A stretch of DNA of 64,000 nucleotides from an uncultured bacterium (GTDB lineage: Bacteria > Cyanobacteriota > Cyanobacteriia > Cyanobacteriales > JAABRE01). Below, one piece after another: positions 1 through 9,801 of this stretch (position 1 is the first letter of the stretch; each line of letters opens with the position of its first letter). The notes beneath the pieces are model-generated. The model worked only from the letters and a program-made list of their open reading frames with translations. It was not told the DNA's origin and did no database searches. The stretch spans positions 1,575 through 65,574 of the forward strand of contig CAYPSO010000010.1 of the NCBI GenBank assembly GCA_964413275.1. Reading direction: 5' to 3'. The position numbers and the translations under genes are program-made.

Positions 1-20
1 CGCTAATCGCTAATTGCTAA
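1..20. repeat. Heptamer short tandem repeat (CGCTAAT-type), cut by window start
   Basis: cgctaat cgctaat tgctaa just downstream of the rsmI stop; same unit family as 37197-37233 and 50255-50300. Confidence 0.6.
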
Positions 21-862
21 ACATTTAAAGCTATTTGATAAATATAATTACGATTATGGGAAGTTAAATTGGCTAAATGTTTACTTGCTTGGCTTTTGCT
101 CATTCCTTGGCTTAATAATTGTTGTAATTCTAGCTTAATTTCTGTGTCAGAAAGAGTAGGAATTATTGCTTGATTATTGCCAGAAACTATTAAAGTAAAT
201 TCGCCGATTGGCTTTTGATAATAGTTAATAGCATCTTCTAAATTGCCTCGCCAAAACTCCTCGTGTAATTTAGTTAATTCCCTAGCAATAGTAATTTTTC
301 TATTATTACCAAAAACTTCAGCCATATCAGTTAAAGTGGCAATAATTCGGTGAGGAGATTCATAAAAAACTAAAGTGCGAGATTCATTTTTTAAAGTTTG
401 TAAATAGTCAATTCTCTGTTTATTTTTAGCGGGTAAAAATCCCTCAAAGATAAATTTATCAGTAGGTAAACCAGAAGCTACTAAAGCCGTCATTACAGCA
501 GTTGGCCCCGGAATGGGAATTATATTTATTTTTTCAGTTATGCAATCTTGAATTAGCTCGTAACCCGGATCGGAAATACCCGGCATTCCCGCATCAGAAA
601 CTAAAGCAATATTATCCCCTGCTTTTAAACGATTTAATAATTCTTGATGGCGAGATTTACTATTATGTTGGTAATAACTTATTTGAGGTGTTTTAATTTG
701 AAAATGATGTAATAATTTTCCTGTATGTCTGGTGTCTTCGGCGGCAATTAAATCGACTTTTTCTAAAGTTTTTAAAGCCCTAAAAGTAATATCTTCTAAA
801 TTACCGATAGGAGTACCAACTATATATAAAATACCAGTTTTTATTGATTCTTGTTCGTTCAT
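17..862 (-). CDS. rsmI: 16S rRNA (cytidine1402-2'-O)-methyltransferase
   Basis: LYIVGTPIGNLEDIT, AEDTR, VSDAGMPGISDPG, FYESPHR, RELTKLHEE motifs. Confidence 0.95.
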   Translation of the reverse strand: MNEQESIKTGILYIVGTPIGNLEDITFRALKTLEKVDLIAAEDTRHTGKLLHHFQIKTPQISYYQHNSKSRHQELLNRLKAGDNIALVSDAGMPGISDPGYELIQDCITEKINIIPIPGPTAVMTALVASGLPTDKFIFEGFLPAKNKQRIDYLQTLKNESRTLVFYESPHRIIATLTDMAEVFGNNRKITIARELTKLHEEFWRGNLEDAINYYQKPIGEFTLIVSGNNQAIIPTLSDTEIKLELQQLLSQGMSKSQASKHLANLTSHNRNYIYQIALNV

Positions 863-912
863 TCGTATATAAAATATATTTAATTAACTTTAAATTTAAT
901 AATTGAAATAGT

Positions 913-2973
913 TTAAATCAAATCTTTACGAGTTTGAACGATAGCAATTAAAACTAACATAACTAAACTTAATAAACCTAGCATCAACCAGTGTTTAACA
1001 ACATTTACCGCAAAAGTCGCCCCATAATCTTGGTTAAATCGTTGGATTAATCCCTCAGCTTTGCCGATTGCCCGTTCATTTTGTTCTTTCCATTTTAGAG
1101 ATTTAATTTGCCATTGTTCTATCGCTTTTTGGTAGTTGGATATTTGGACTAAATAAGTTGCGATCTCTTTTTGATATTGTTGTTGTGCTATAAGAGAATT
1201 TTCTTGGGGTTGAAGGGGTGGTTTCTCCAGCTCTGGGGGTTTAATGGGCATAGGTTCGTCAATAACTGAATTATAAGCTTCCCTAACACCGGGAAAATTA
1301 CAAGATTTAAAAATACTATTTCCCGAACAAGGACAGTTTTTTTTCTCTGTTTCAATTAATTTATTTTGTGCTTCAATTTTTAAAGACCAACAAGGATCGT
1401 TAGCGACATCTTTTCCTAACTCTGTAATCGTCATTAATGCTTCAAAAGGCCATTTGGTAATGGAAAGATGATTAATCAATTGTCCGGGTAAGCCAAAGGT
1501 TTCTACCGGTAAAACCCCTCCGCCAAAAATGATTTGAGGCACAAGAAAAAGAATCGCAATCAAAGAAGCAACATTCTGATTAGGGGCAATGGCTGAACCT
1601 AATAAACCCATAATCATCCCGGTAATTGTGGCAAGAACTAAAGTAATATATACTCCGATTATAATTTCTGGAGTCCGAGGAATATCCATAGCTATAAGTT
1701 TGAATCCTAAGAAAATTGCCGATTGATATAATGCCAGTAAAATGCCAATCCAAACTTTAGCAAGAATATAAGGAATTATTTGTAAACCAATCATTCTTTC
1801 TCGTCGGTAAATATCCTCTTCTTTGACGATTTCCCGTATCGTAGTTAGACATCCCACCATCACCGCAATTAAGCCTGTAGTAAATAGCATGGTAATGGCT
1901 AATCGAGGATCGCCAGATTGGGGGTCAAATAAGGATTTTTGCCACGCAAAAAAGTCTAAAAATCCGAGAATTGGAGCTACCGCTAACATTAACATCAAAC
2001 TAGCGCGATCGCGTTTTAAAATTGCTAAATTTCGTCTGGATAATACTAAAAATTGTTGCCAACTAGAGATACTTTTGACTGGTGATTTTGGTAACAGACG
2101 ATGTTTTCTTTTCTGTTTAAGCGGTAATTGAGTAGAGGCAAATTTTTTTTGTCTATCAACTACATATTCTTGATATTCTGGCGATCGCAAATAGCATTCT
2201 CGCCAATATTCGGGAGATTTTTCCCTCTCTAATTTGCGATAAATTTGATTAAATTTTTCAACTTGAAAATAGGAAGCCGCATTTTCAGGAGAGCCAAAAT
2301 AAGCTAGATTTCCCTCTTTAGCCATGAATATAATGCGATCGCATAAGGTAAGATTTTCGGTAGCATGGGTTATTAAAAGAATAGTTTGACCTCGATGGGC
2401 TAATTCTCTGAGTAGCAACATTAATTCTGCTTCAGTGCCGGGATCTAAACCAGAGGTTGCTTCATCTAAAAAAAATAAACAAGGTTTAATCAACAATTCC
2501 ACCCCAATAGATACCCGTTTGACTTGTCCACCACTAAGAGAATGTATCGGGATTTTGCGTTGTTCAGTTAATTCTAGATCGTTGATAACTTGGTTAACTC
2601 TAATTTTACGCTCAGTTTTTGTGGTATTTGGTAGCATCCGCAATTGAGCGGCATAATCTATGGCTTCTTCTACCGTTAATTCCCTATGTACAATGTCTTG
2701 TTGGGGGATATAACCAATTTGTGTGCGATAGGCATTAAAATTTTTATAATAATCAATTCCATTGACTAAAACGTAGCCTTGACTAGCAGGATAAAACCCA
2801 TTGAGAGCGTTTAATAATGTTGACTTTCCCGCACCACTAACTCCAGCAATTGCCACAAATTCTCCGGGATTAATAGAGAGTGAAATATCTTTGAGAAGAT
2901 TGATTCCATTATCAATTATTTGATTAAGATGAATGGCATCTAGATGTAAATTGCCTTCTTCTTGAATTAGCAT
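913..2973 (-). CDS. ABCG-type fused ABC transporter (NBD + ABC-2 permease), no N-terminal FHA domains
   Basis: Walker A GVSGAGKS, signature LSGGQ, Walker B FFLDEATSGLD, several hydrophobic C-terminal segments. Confidence 0.9.
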   Translation of the reverse strand: MLIQEEGNLHLDAIHLNQIIDNGINLLKDISLSINPGEFVAIAGVSGAGKSTLLNALNGFYPASQGYVLVNGIDYYKNFNAYRTQIGYIPQQDIVHRELTVEEAIDYAAQLRMLPNTTKTERKIRVNQVINDLELTEQRKIPIHSLSGGQVKRVSIGVELLIKPCLFFLDEATSGLDPGTEAELMLLLRELAHRGQTILLITHATENLTLCDRIIFMAKEGNLAYFGSPENAASYFQVEKFNQIYRKLEREKSPEYWRECYLRSPEYQEYVVDRQKKFASTQLPLKQKRKHRLLPKSPVKSISSWQQFLVLSRRNLAILKRDRASLMLMLAVAPILGFLDFFAWQKSLFDPQSGDPRLAITMLFTTGLIAVMVGCLTTIREIVKEEDIYRRERMIGLQIIPYILAKVWIGILLALYQSAIFLGFKLIAMDIPRTPEIIIGVYITLVLATITGMIMGLLGSAIAPNQNVASLIAILFLVPQIIFGGGVLPVETFGLPGQLINHLSITKWPFEALMTITELGKDVANDPCWSLKIEAQNKLIETEKKNCPCSGNSIFKSCNFPGVREAYNSVIDEPMPIKPPELEKPPLQPQENSLIAQQQYQKEIATYLVQISNYQKAIEQWQIKSLKWKEQNERAIGKAEGLIQRFNQDYGATFAVNVVKHWLMLGLLSLVMLVLIAIVQTRKDLI

Positions 2974-3117
2974 CAGGGAAGTCAGGGGTTAGGGGTTTAG
3001 AGGTAAGAATTAATAAAACTTTAGGATTAAAGATTTTAAGTTTTGACAATGTTTTAAATTTAGTAAATATTATTAATTATTTTAGATTATTTTTTACTTT
3101 ATCAAAAAGGTTTAATA

Positions 3118-3969
3118 ATGAAAAAAAAAGGATTATTTATCGGATTAACAACCTTAGATTTAATCTATTTGAGTGAAAAAGTACCCGGAATTAATGAAAA
3201 AATTGTGGCTGAAGACGCAACAATTGCAGCAGGAGGCCCGGCGACTAATGCGGCTGTTACTTTTAATTATTTAGGTAATCATTCTAATTTAGTGACAGTA
3301 TTAGGAAAACAGCCAATTACTAATTTAATAAAAGCAGATTTAGCTCAATATAATTTAAAATTTACGGATTTATCTCCCGAAACTGATAATTATCCCCCTG
3401 TATCTTCAATTATAGTTAATAAAAATACAGGCGATCGCAGTGTTATTTCCATTAATGCTAAGAAATTACAAGCAGAAAAAGATAATTTACCAGCAGATAT
3501 TTTAGCAGGAATAGATATTATTTTAATTGACGGTCATCAAATGAAAATTAGCGAATATATTGCTAAATTAGGTAAACAAAATAATATTCCTATAGTAATT
3601 GACGGAGGTAGCTGGAAAAATGGTTTTGAGAAAATATTACCGTTAGTTGATTATGCTATCTGTTCGGCTAATTTTTTACCTCCTAATTGTCAAAATAAAA
3701 ATGATATTTTTAATTATTTTTCTGAATTAAATATTCCTCATATTGCGATTAGCAACGGAGAAAACAATATTGAATATTCAACTAATAAAATCCGAGGAGA
3801 AATAGCAGTAAATCAAATTCAAACAGTGGATACATTAGGTGCAGGAGATATTTTTCATGGAGCATTTTGTCATTATATTTTAGAAGAAAATTTTATTAAT
3901 GCTTTAAAATCTGCTGCTAAAATTGCATCCTATTCTTGTCAGTTTTTTGGAACGAGACAATGGATGTAA
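3118..3969 (+). CDS. PfkB/ribokinase-family carbohydrate kinase
   Basis: N-terminal GGPATNAA and C-terminal DTLGAGDIF PfkB signatures. Confidence 0.9.
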   Translation: MKKKGLFIGLTTLDLIYLSEKVPGINEKIVAEDATIAAGGPATNAAVTFNYLGNHSNLVTVLGKQPITNLIKADLAQYNLKFTDLSPETDNYPPVSSIIVNKNTGDRSVISINAKKLQAEKDNLPADILAGIDIILIDGHQMKISEYIAKLGKQNNIPIVIDGGSWKNGFEKILPLVDYAICSANFLPPNCQNKNDIFNYFSELNIPHIAISNGENNIEYSTNKIRGEIAVNQIQTVDTLGAGDIFHGAFCHYILEENFINALKSAAKIASYSCQFFGTRQWM

Positions 3970-4024
3970 TATGTAATATTATTTAGATTAGCAAAATATA
4001 AGAGAACCAAGAAACAAAACAAAT

Positions 4025-4972
4025 ATGTCATATATTCAGGAAAAAAAAATCGCCATAGAAGCTTGTATTGCTGCGGCTAAACTTTGCGAAGAAGTACGTA
4101 AAAATATTCCCGAAGCTATAGAAAAAAACGATCGCTCTCCGGTTACAGTAGCAGATTTTGGTTCTCAAGCAATTGTCTGTAAAGCTTTAGCTGAAGCTTT
4201 TCCCAACGATCCAGTGGTAGGAGAAGAAGAAGCTGCAACCTTAAAAGAAAATCTCGACACTCTAGCCCAAGTAACAGATTATGTAAAAGCAATTATTCCT
4301 GAAGCCACCTCTGATAAGGTAGTCAACTGGATCGATCATGGCAAAGTTGAGTTAGGCAAACGCTATTGGACATTAGATCCCATTGATGGCACTAAAGGAT
4401 TTTTAAGAAAAGATCAATATGCCATCGCCCTTGCTTTAATTGAAGAAGGAGTAATAAAAGTTGGAGTCCTCGCTTGCCCTGCTCTTTCCTTCAACGACGA
4501 ACAAGGTCTTTTATTCATAGCAGTTAGAGGAGAGGGCGCAACCATGAGTGGGTTAAGTGGAAATAATCCTCAAATTATTAAAGTGGCAGAAAGTCCTGAT
4601 AAATTGCGCTTTGTTGAGTCAGTGGAATCAGGCCATGGAAATCAAAGTCAACAAAGTGCGATCGCCCAACAGGTAGGCATTACCGCTCCTTCCTTACGGA
4701 TGGATAGTCAAGCAAAATACGCCGCAGTAGCCGCCGGTGAAGCTGCTTTATACTTGCGTCTCCCTTCGCCAAAAACCCCAGATTACAGAGAGAAAATTTG
4801 GGATCATGCAGCCGGAGTTATTGTAGTGGAAGAAGCGGGGGGAAAAGTCACAGATATGCACGGAAAATCCCTCGATTTTTCTTTAGGTGCAAAACTAGTA
4901 AATAATCAGGGAGTTGTAGTTAGTAATGGAGTAATTCATGAGGCAGTTATTAATGCTTTAAAAGCTAATTAA
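4025..4972 (+). CDS. 3'(2'),5'-bisphosphate nucleotidase (HAL2/CysQ-like, inositol monophosphatase superfamily)
   Basis: SPVTVADF, GEE, WTLDPIDGTKGF, IWDHAAG motifs. Confidence 0.9.
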   Translation: MSYIQEKKIAIEACIAAAKLCEEVRKNIPEAIEKNDRSPVTVADFGSQAIVCKALAEAFPNDPVVGEEEAATLKENLDTLAQVTDYVKAIIPEATSDKVVNWIDHGKVELGKRYWTLDPIDGTKGFLRKDQYAIALALIEEGVIKVGVLACPALSFNDEQGLLFIAVRGEGATMSGLSGNNPQIIKVAESPDKLRFVESVESGHGNQSQQSAIAQQVGITAPSLRMDSQAKYAAVAAGEAALYLRLPSPKTPDYREKIWDHAAGVIVVEEAGGKVTDMHGKSLDFSLGAKLVNNQGVVVSNGVIHEAVINALKAN

Positions 4973-4989
4973 TTTATTTTTTATTTAGT

Positions 4990-5057
4990 AGTAGTGCGTC
5001 AGATCGAAAGATTATAGTTAACATAGTGAATTTATCTCAATTCTGACGCACACTACT
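4990..5057. repeat. GTAG-type REP doublet (inverted arms around an AT-rich spacer)
   Basis: agtagtgcgtcaga ... tctgacgcacactact. Confidence 0.7.
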
Positions 5058-5273
5058 GGATTATTTCAGCTAACAATAGGGCAATAAATCTTGATTATTA
5101 TGTCTGGTTAAAGGGTAAGGTGAAAGGGAAAAGGATAAAATCTGATGATCTAAACCAATAAATTAGCTGAAACAATTCACTACCGCTTAAGCTATAGTTA
5201 GTTTTGACATTGTAATTTTTCCTAAAAATTATCATTATAGTTTTAATTAAATTAAATTTATTCTATTTACTAA

Positions 5274-5334
5274 GGTGCGTCAGATTTATAAATTAATTAT
5301 TCAAATAGAATATTTTTGGTCTGATGCACCCTAC
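5274..5334. repeat. Second REP doublet of the same family
   Basis: ggtgcgtcaga ... tctgatgcacc-ctac (CTAC = GTAG on the minus strand). Confidence 0.7.
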
Positions 5335-5376
5335 AATATTCTAAAGTTCTTTGTTTAGTTTATAAATTTCAATAAC

Positions 5377-5637
5377 TTATTCATAAACCTTACTTCGATG
5401 TTTGATTAATATCACGATGACTTGTTTAAGTTCGTCATCTATTTCGTAAATAACCCGATAATCACCAACACGATAGCGATAATAACCTAACAATTCCCCC
5501 CTTAAAGATTTTATATTCGGATAATTGCGAGGATTTTGTTCTAATATTTCAAAACATCGAGCCAGTTTTTTAGCTAAAGATTTATCAGCATTAGTATAAA
5601 AGTTTCTAGCATCAAGAGATAGCTGGACATTATACAT
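5377..5637 (-). CDS. RelE/ParE-family type II toxin
   Basis: 86 aa; IKSLRGELLGYYRYRVGDYRVIYEID...IKHRSKVY. Confidence 0.9.
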   Translation of the reverse strand: MYNVQLSLDARNFYTNADKSLAKKLARCFEILEQNPRNYPNIKSLRGELLGYYRYRVGDYRVIYEIDDELKQVIVILIKHRSKVYE

Positions 5638-5860
5638 CGTTTCGGATAGTGCGCCAATTAGTTATTTTTCCTTCAGACACATCTTTTTGAGCTTTTTCAA
5701 ATTCTTTTCTAAAATTTTGAATATTCAATAACTCTTCAGTTGCTTCATTCATTTCACGTTCAGTTAAATAAGCTAAAAAATCATTAGCTACTATTAATTT
5801 TTCTGGTGAAAGACCATCAATATAATCTTTAGCTTGTTGACGAATAGTTATTTGTTCCAT
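5630..5860 (-). CDS. Probable cognate antitoxin
   Basis: 76 aa, acidic C-terminus, upstream of and overlapping the toxin by 8 nt. Confidence 0.75.
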   Translation of the reverse strand: MEQITIRQQAKDYIDGLSPEKLIVANDFLAYLTEREMNEATEELLNIQNFRKEFEKAQKDVSEGKITNWRTIRNDV

Positions 5861-5966
5861 ACTTTTATCTTAAATAATTTTATTTTACTTTAAATTCATA
5901 GATTTTCAAAAAACAAGAGAGTAAGCAAAAATTATTACTCTCCAGTTTTTTTAGAAAAAATAACTC

Positions 5967-6611
5967 TTAGATTTTATAAGCATAAACCGCATAAAAAGGA
6001 TCTGCTCCTGCTATGCCTAACATTTGTAAAAATGGAGCAAGAGAAGATTGATTTGCAATAACTTTAGGCTTACTAAAATTAGCAACAGATTGAAAATATT
6101 TAACCACTAATTCTACTCTACTGGTTTCCGAACCATCTCGCCAAGCTGCGATCGCCTTTTCATAAAACATACGATTAGAAAAACTAATAATTGCCACCCC
6201 ATTAGGTTTCAAAACCCTTGCCATTTCACTAAAAATTGCTTCTGGATATTCTAAATATTGAACCGAAACCGTATTTAAAACAGCATCAAATGTGCCATCT
6301 TCAAAGGGTAATTCCAGATTTTTATTCAAATTTTGGATAAAATAACTATTTAAACGAGTATTTTTTTGTAATTCTTCCTCATTCATCCCATGGCCTTCTA
6401 CATGGCTAAATTCCACCTCTTCAGGTAAATGGGATACCCAACTACTCATCAAATCTAAAATATGAGTTTGAGGTTGTAATAATTCTCGATATAATTGCGT
6501 CAACTGGGTAATAAAATTATTATCAACATGGGTAACAAAACGAGGAATAGAATAAAAAAAATTATCCTCTGTTCGATCTAGCTTTAAACGTTGCTCTGGG
6601 TGTAATAACAT
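5967..6611 (-). CDS. Class I SAM-dependent methyltransferase (conserved in phototrophs)
   Basis: FYSIPRFVTHVD, ILDLMSSWVSHLP, FDAVLNTVSVQYL, SFSNRMF. Confidence 0.85.
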   Translation of the reverse strand: MLLHPEQRLKLDRTEDNFFYSIPRFVTHVDNNFITQLTQLYRELLQPQTHILDLMSSWVSHLPEEVEFSHVEGHGMNEEELQKNTRLNSYFIQNLNKNLELPFEDGTFDAVLNTVSVQYLEYPEAIFSEMARVLKPNGVAIISFSNRMFYEKAIAAWRDGSETSRVELVVKYFQSVANFSKPKVIANQSSLAPFLQMLGIAGADPFYAVYAYKI

Positions 6612-6701
6612 AGCTATTAGTTAACTGAAGAAAAATGTCCTTTTTTCAGTTTAGATAAAAATTAAGAAATATTAAGCGATCGCAAAACTAAATTAATAAT
6701 C

Positions 6702-7052
6702 ATGCCACTAATTAAAGTACAAACTTCTGTTGAAACTTCAGAGAAAGCCTTAGTAGAAGGCTTATTAAAAACCCTATCGGCGAAATTAGCCAAGCATTTA
6801 GGCAAACCAGAATCCTATGTCATGACAGCCTTTGAGCCAGCTATTCCCATGACTTTTGGGGGAACTAGCGAACCAGTTTGTTATATTGAAGTTAAAAGCA
6901 TTGGTAAAATGACACCCGCTCAAACTCAAGCCATGAGCCAAGATTTTTGTCAAGTCGTGGAAGAAAAATTAGGTGTACCCGCAAAACGAACTTATCTCGA
7001 ATTTGCCGATGCACAAAGACATCTTTGGGGTTGGAATGGCAGCACATTTTAG
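6702..7052 (+). CDS. MIF-family (phenylpyruvate tautomerase-like) protein
   Basis: Catalytic Pro2 (MPLIKVQT), LGKPESYVM, final WGWNGSTF. Confidence 0.9.
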   Translation: MPLIKVQTSVETSEKALVEGLLKTLSAKLAKHLGKPESYVMTAFEPAIPMTFGGTSEPVCYIEVKSIGKMTPAQTQAMSQDFCQVVEEKLGVPAKRTYLEFADAQRHLWGWNGSTF

Positions 7053-7136
7053 AGATTTATACTCTGAGGGAGAGATAAAATCTCCCATTATTTTTAATTT
7101 ATCAATAAACTGAATTAAATATTAGGTATTATCACT

Positions 7137-7913
7137 ATGAAAAATAAATTACTCATCGGCGCTTTAACTCTATTAACAATTAGTATAACTAATCCTGTTG
7201 TTGCCGAAAATTTATCAGATTTAAGAAAGTTACTTTCCACTAAAGAATGTCGCAACTGTGACTTAACTGGTAGTGGTTTAGTCATGGCTAATTTATCAGG
7301 TGCAAAATTGAGTGGTGTTAATTTTAGTGGCGCTAATTTGAGTCGTGCTGATTTAAGTGGAGCTAACCTAATTGGTGCTGATTTGAGTGGAGCATCTTTA
7401 TATGGAGCTAATCTGAGTGGTGCTAACTTGATTGGAGCTAACTTAAATGGCACAGATTTAAGAAATGCTTATCTTCATAATGCTGTTTTAGTGGGAGTTA
7501 GTTTTGATACTGCTTATTTACAAGGAGCAACAGGTATTCCTAATTATGCAGGTACACCCGAACAATTTGTGCGTTGGGGCATGGTAGAAGCCAGTAAAGG
7601 TCAATATCATCGAGCATTAGAACACTATAATAAAGCTTTAAGTATTAATTCTCAATTTTCCTATGCTTACCTCAATCGAGGAATTGCTCGTTATCGCCTT
7701 GGTGATGAATCAGGAGCAACTCAGGATGCGGAAATAGCAGGCAAAATTTTTGAAGCGGAGGATAATACTCTTGGTATTGAGGCATCTCAAAAGTTTCTCG
7801 AAGGCATAGAAATGGTAAATCAAATTGAAGAAAATCAACATCAAAATCGAGAATCCAAAGTAGAGAGATTTTTGGGTGGTATTGGCTCTCTTTTACTAAA
7901 GTTATTTTTGTGA
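7137..7913 (+). CDS. Secreted pentapeptide-repeat protein with C-terminal TPR
   Basis: Signal peptide, tandem ANLSG/ADLSG repeats, TPR-like YHRALEHYNKALSINSQFSYAYLNRG. Confidence 0.85.
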   Translation: MKNKLLIGALTLLTISITNPVVAENLSDLRKLLSTKECRNCDLTGSGLVMANLSGAKLSGVNFSGANLSRADLSGANLIGADLSGASLYGANLSGANLIGANLNGTDLRNAYLHNAVLVGVSFDTAYLQGATGIPNYAGTPEQFVRWGMVEASKGQYHRALEHYNKALSINSQFSYAYLNRGIARYRLGDESGATQDAEIAGKIFEAEDNTLGIEASQKFLEGIEMVNQIEENQHQNRESKVERFLGGIGSLLLKLFL

Positions 7914-7995
7914 GTATTCAGCAAGCGCTAAAATCTAAGTTATTTTATATTAAGGCAAGATAAAGAATTATGATTCATAATAAATGATTTTATAG

Positions 7996-9801
7996 CTATT
8001 CTTGATCAACTTCCATAAATAATAGTTTAGCCGCTTCTTTTTTTGCTTCTTTTTTATTTGTAGCTATACCTTCTTTAATAATTGTTTGATTTTCTTCGTA
8101 GGATAATTTTCCAAAACAAATAAATTGATTATCTTGTTCCTCATAAGAATAAATAGGAGGAGACCAATGTTTTGCTTGACATAAATTATTAAGTAAAGCA
8201 ATATAATTATTATTGGAATTATTTTTATTATTATCTAGTATTTTTTCTGTTTTTTTATTAAGAGATTGTAGATTTTGTTTTTCAGATTGTCTTACTAATT
8301 TATTATCTTGATATGCTTTTAACCAGTTAAGAGAAGCTTGGTGTTTAGCTTCTTTTTTAGAAGTTGCGATCGCAGGCTCGTAGGTAGTGAGTTGTTTTTT
8401 ACCATTATCCATTACTACCCAACAGGCAAAGTTGTTATTTACTTTTTCCTCTAAATAAGATACACTATACCCCTCTTTTTGGGTTAAAACTGTTAACACC
8501 ATAGTTGCGTCTGATGTTTGTTCCTCTAATTTTAATAAAACTGTTTTGTGGATTTCTTTATTTCTATGAGAAAACCAAAGATGATATATATCGAGGGAAG
8601 TTAAGGTTTTGAGACGATTTTTTACTTCATATTTTAGAGTTTCAATTTTATCATTTTCTGCTGCATATTCAAGCAGTTTAGAAAAATCTTGACTAGATAA
8701 TTTACTCCAACCTTTATAATTAATTTGACGTTGATAAGATTGAACTTGTAAATCCTTATAATAATCATTTTTAAAGTCTTTTAATCCCCGTCCATACTGA
8801 TTAATATAATTACCATATTTTTGTAATTCATCTTCTGTATAAACATTTTCTTTACCATTAATAAAAGCTTTAATTATACGATGATTAATATAATCTGCCA
8901 CCCTTCTAATAGGAGAAGTAAAATGACAATAACTTTCTAAAGCTAAAGCGTAATGTCCTTGATTTATCGGTTCATATTCAGCAGCTTTTAGCCAAGATTG
9001 TAATCTTTTTCTAATCTCTTCTTCTCGATCTAATTCAATCAATTCCCGTAAAATTACATCTTGTTGAGGTGCTTCGGGATTAATATTATGATTTCTAAAT
9101 AGAGCGGGAATTTTTGAAGTTTTAAATAGTTGAGCCACAGCAGAATTAGCTAAAATCATAAATTCTTGAATAATTTGTTGAGAACGATGCACCATTTTTG
9201 GTTGTAAAATACCATTCTCATCAATATAACCTAAAGGTGTATTTCGACACCCTAAACTACCACTTTTTGCTCTGTTTGATTGTAATTTTTGCGCCCAAAC
9301 ATTAAGATATTGTAACTGAAAATAAAAAGGATTATCTGGTTTTAATAAAACCTCATCTACTTCTTGATAACTAAATTTTTTAGAACTAATTAATTTCGTT
9401 TCAGAAATCTCAGTATTTTTAATATTTGCGGATTCATCGAGAGTTATTTTAATAGTAAGAGTTGGGCGAATTTCTCCTTCAAGTAAACTGCATAAATTTT
9501 CCGATAATTCTCTAGGAAGCATCGGGTCATTTCTCTTAGGTAAATAAAGGGTTTCTACCCTTACTAAAGCTGCTTTATCTAGGGGAGAATCCAAAGGAAT
9601 AACGGCGGTAACATCTGCTATATGAACAAAAACCTGACAACTTGCAGGATAAACTTTTATCCATAAAGCATCATCTAAATCTTTCGATGTCCAATCATCA
9701 ATGGTAAATCCTTTAACTTGCGGCCGTTGAAAAACTTCTTCAGGTAACTGAATATTTTGAGATTGTTCAAGTTCTTCTGGTAAAAATATTCTATCTTTCA
9801 T
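7996..9801 (-). CDS. RNB-domain (RNase II/R family) ribonuclease with two C-terminal dsRBD-like domains
   Basis: TIDDWTSKDLDDAL catalytic motif, EFMILAN, HFTSPIRRVAD; two tails ending ATSKKEAKHQA and ATNKKEAKKEAA. Confidence 0.8.
   Translation of the reverse strand: MKDRIFLPEELEQSQNIQLPEEVFQRPQVKGFTIDDWTSKDLDDALWIKVYPASCQVFVHIADVTAVIPLDSPLDKAALVRVETLYLPKRNDPMLPRELSENLCSLLEGEIRPTLTIKITLDESANIKNTEISETKLISSKKFSYQEVDEVLLKPDNPFYFQLQYLNVWAQKLQSNRAKSGSLGCRNTPLGYIDENGILQPKMVHRSQQIIQEFMILANSAVAQLFKTSKIPALFRNHNINPEAPQQDVILRELIELDREEEIRKRLQSWLKAAEYEPINQGHYALALESYCHFTSPIRRVADYINHRIIKAFINGKENVYTEDELQKYGNYINQYGRGLKDFKNDYYKDLQVQSYQRQINYKGWSKLSSQDFSKLLEYAAENDKIETLKYEVKNRLKTLTSLDIYHLWFSHRNKEIHKTVLLKLEEQTSDATMVLTVLTQKEGYSVSYLEEKVNNNFACWVVMDNGKKQLTTYEPAIATSKKEAKHQASLNWLKAYQDNKLVRQSEKQNLQSLNKKTEKILDNNKNNSNNNYIALLNNLCQAKHWSPPIYSYEEQDNQFICFGKLSYEENQTIIKEGIATNKKEAKKEAAKLLFMEVDQE

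Noticed and set aside
7115-7453. Repetitive 112-aa minus-strand ORF (LAPLK repeats)
   Set aside because: Antisense shadow of the pentapeptide-repeat gene.
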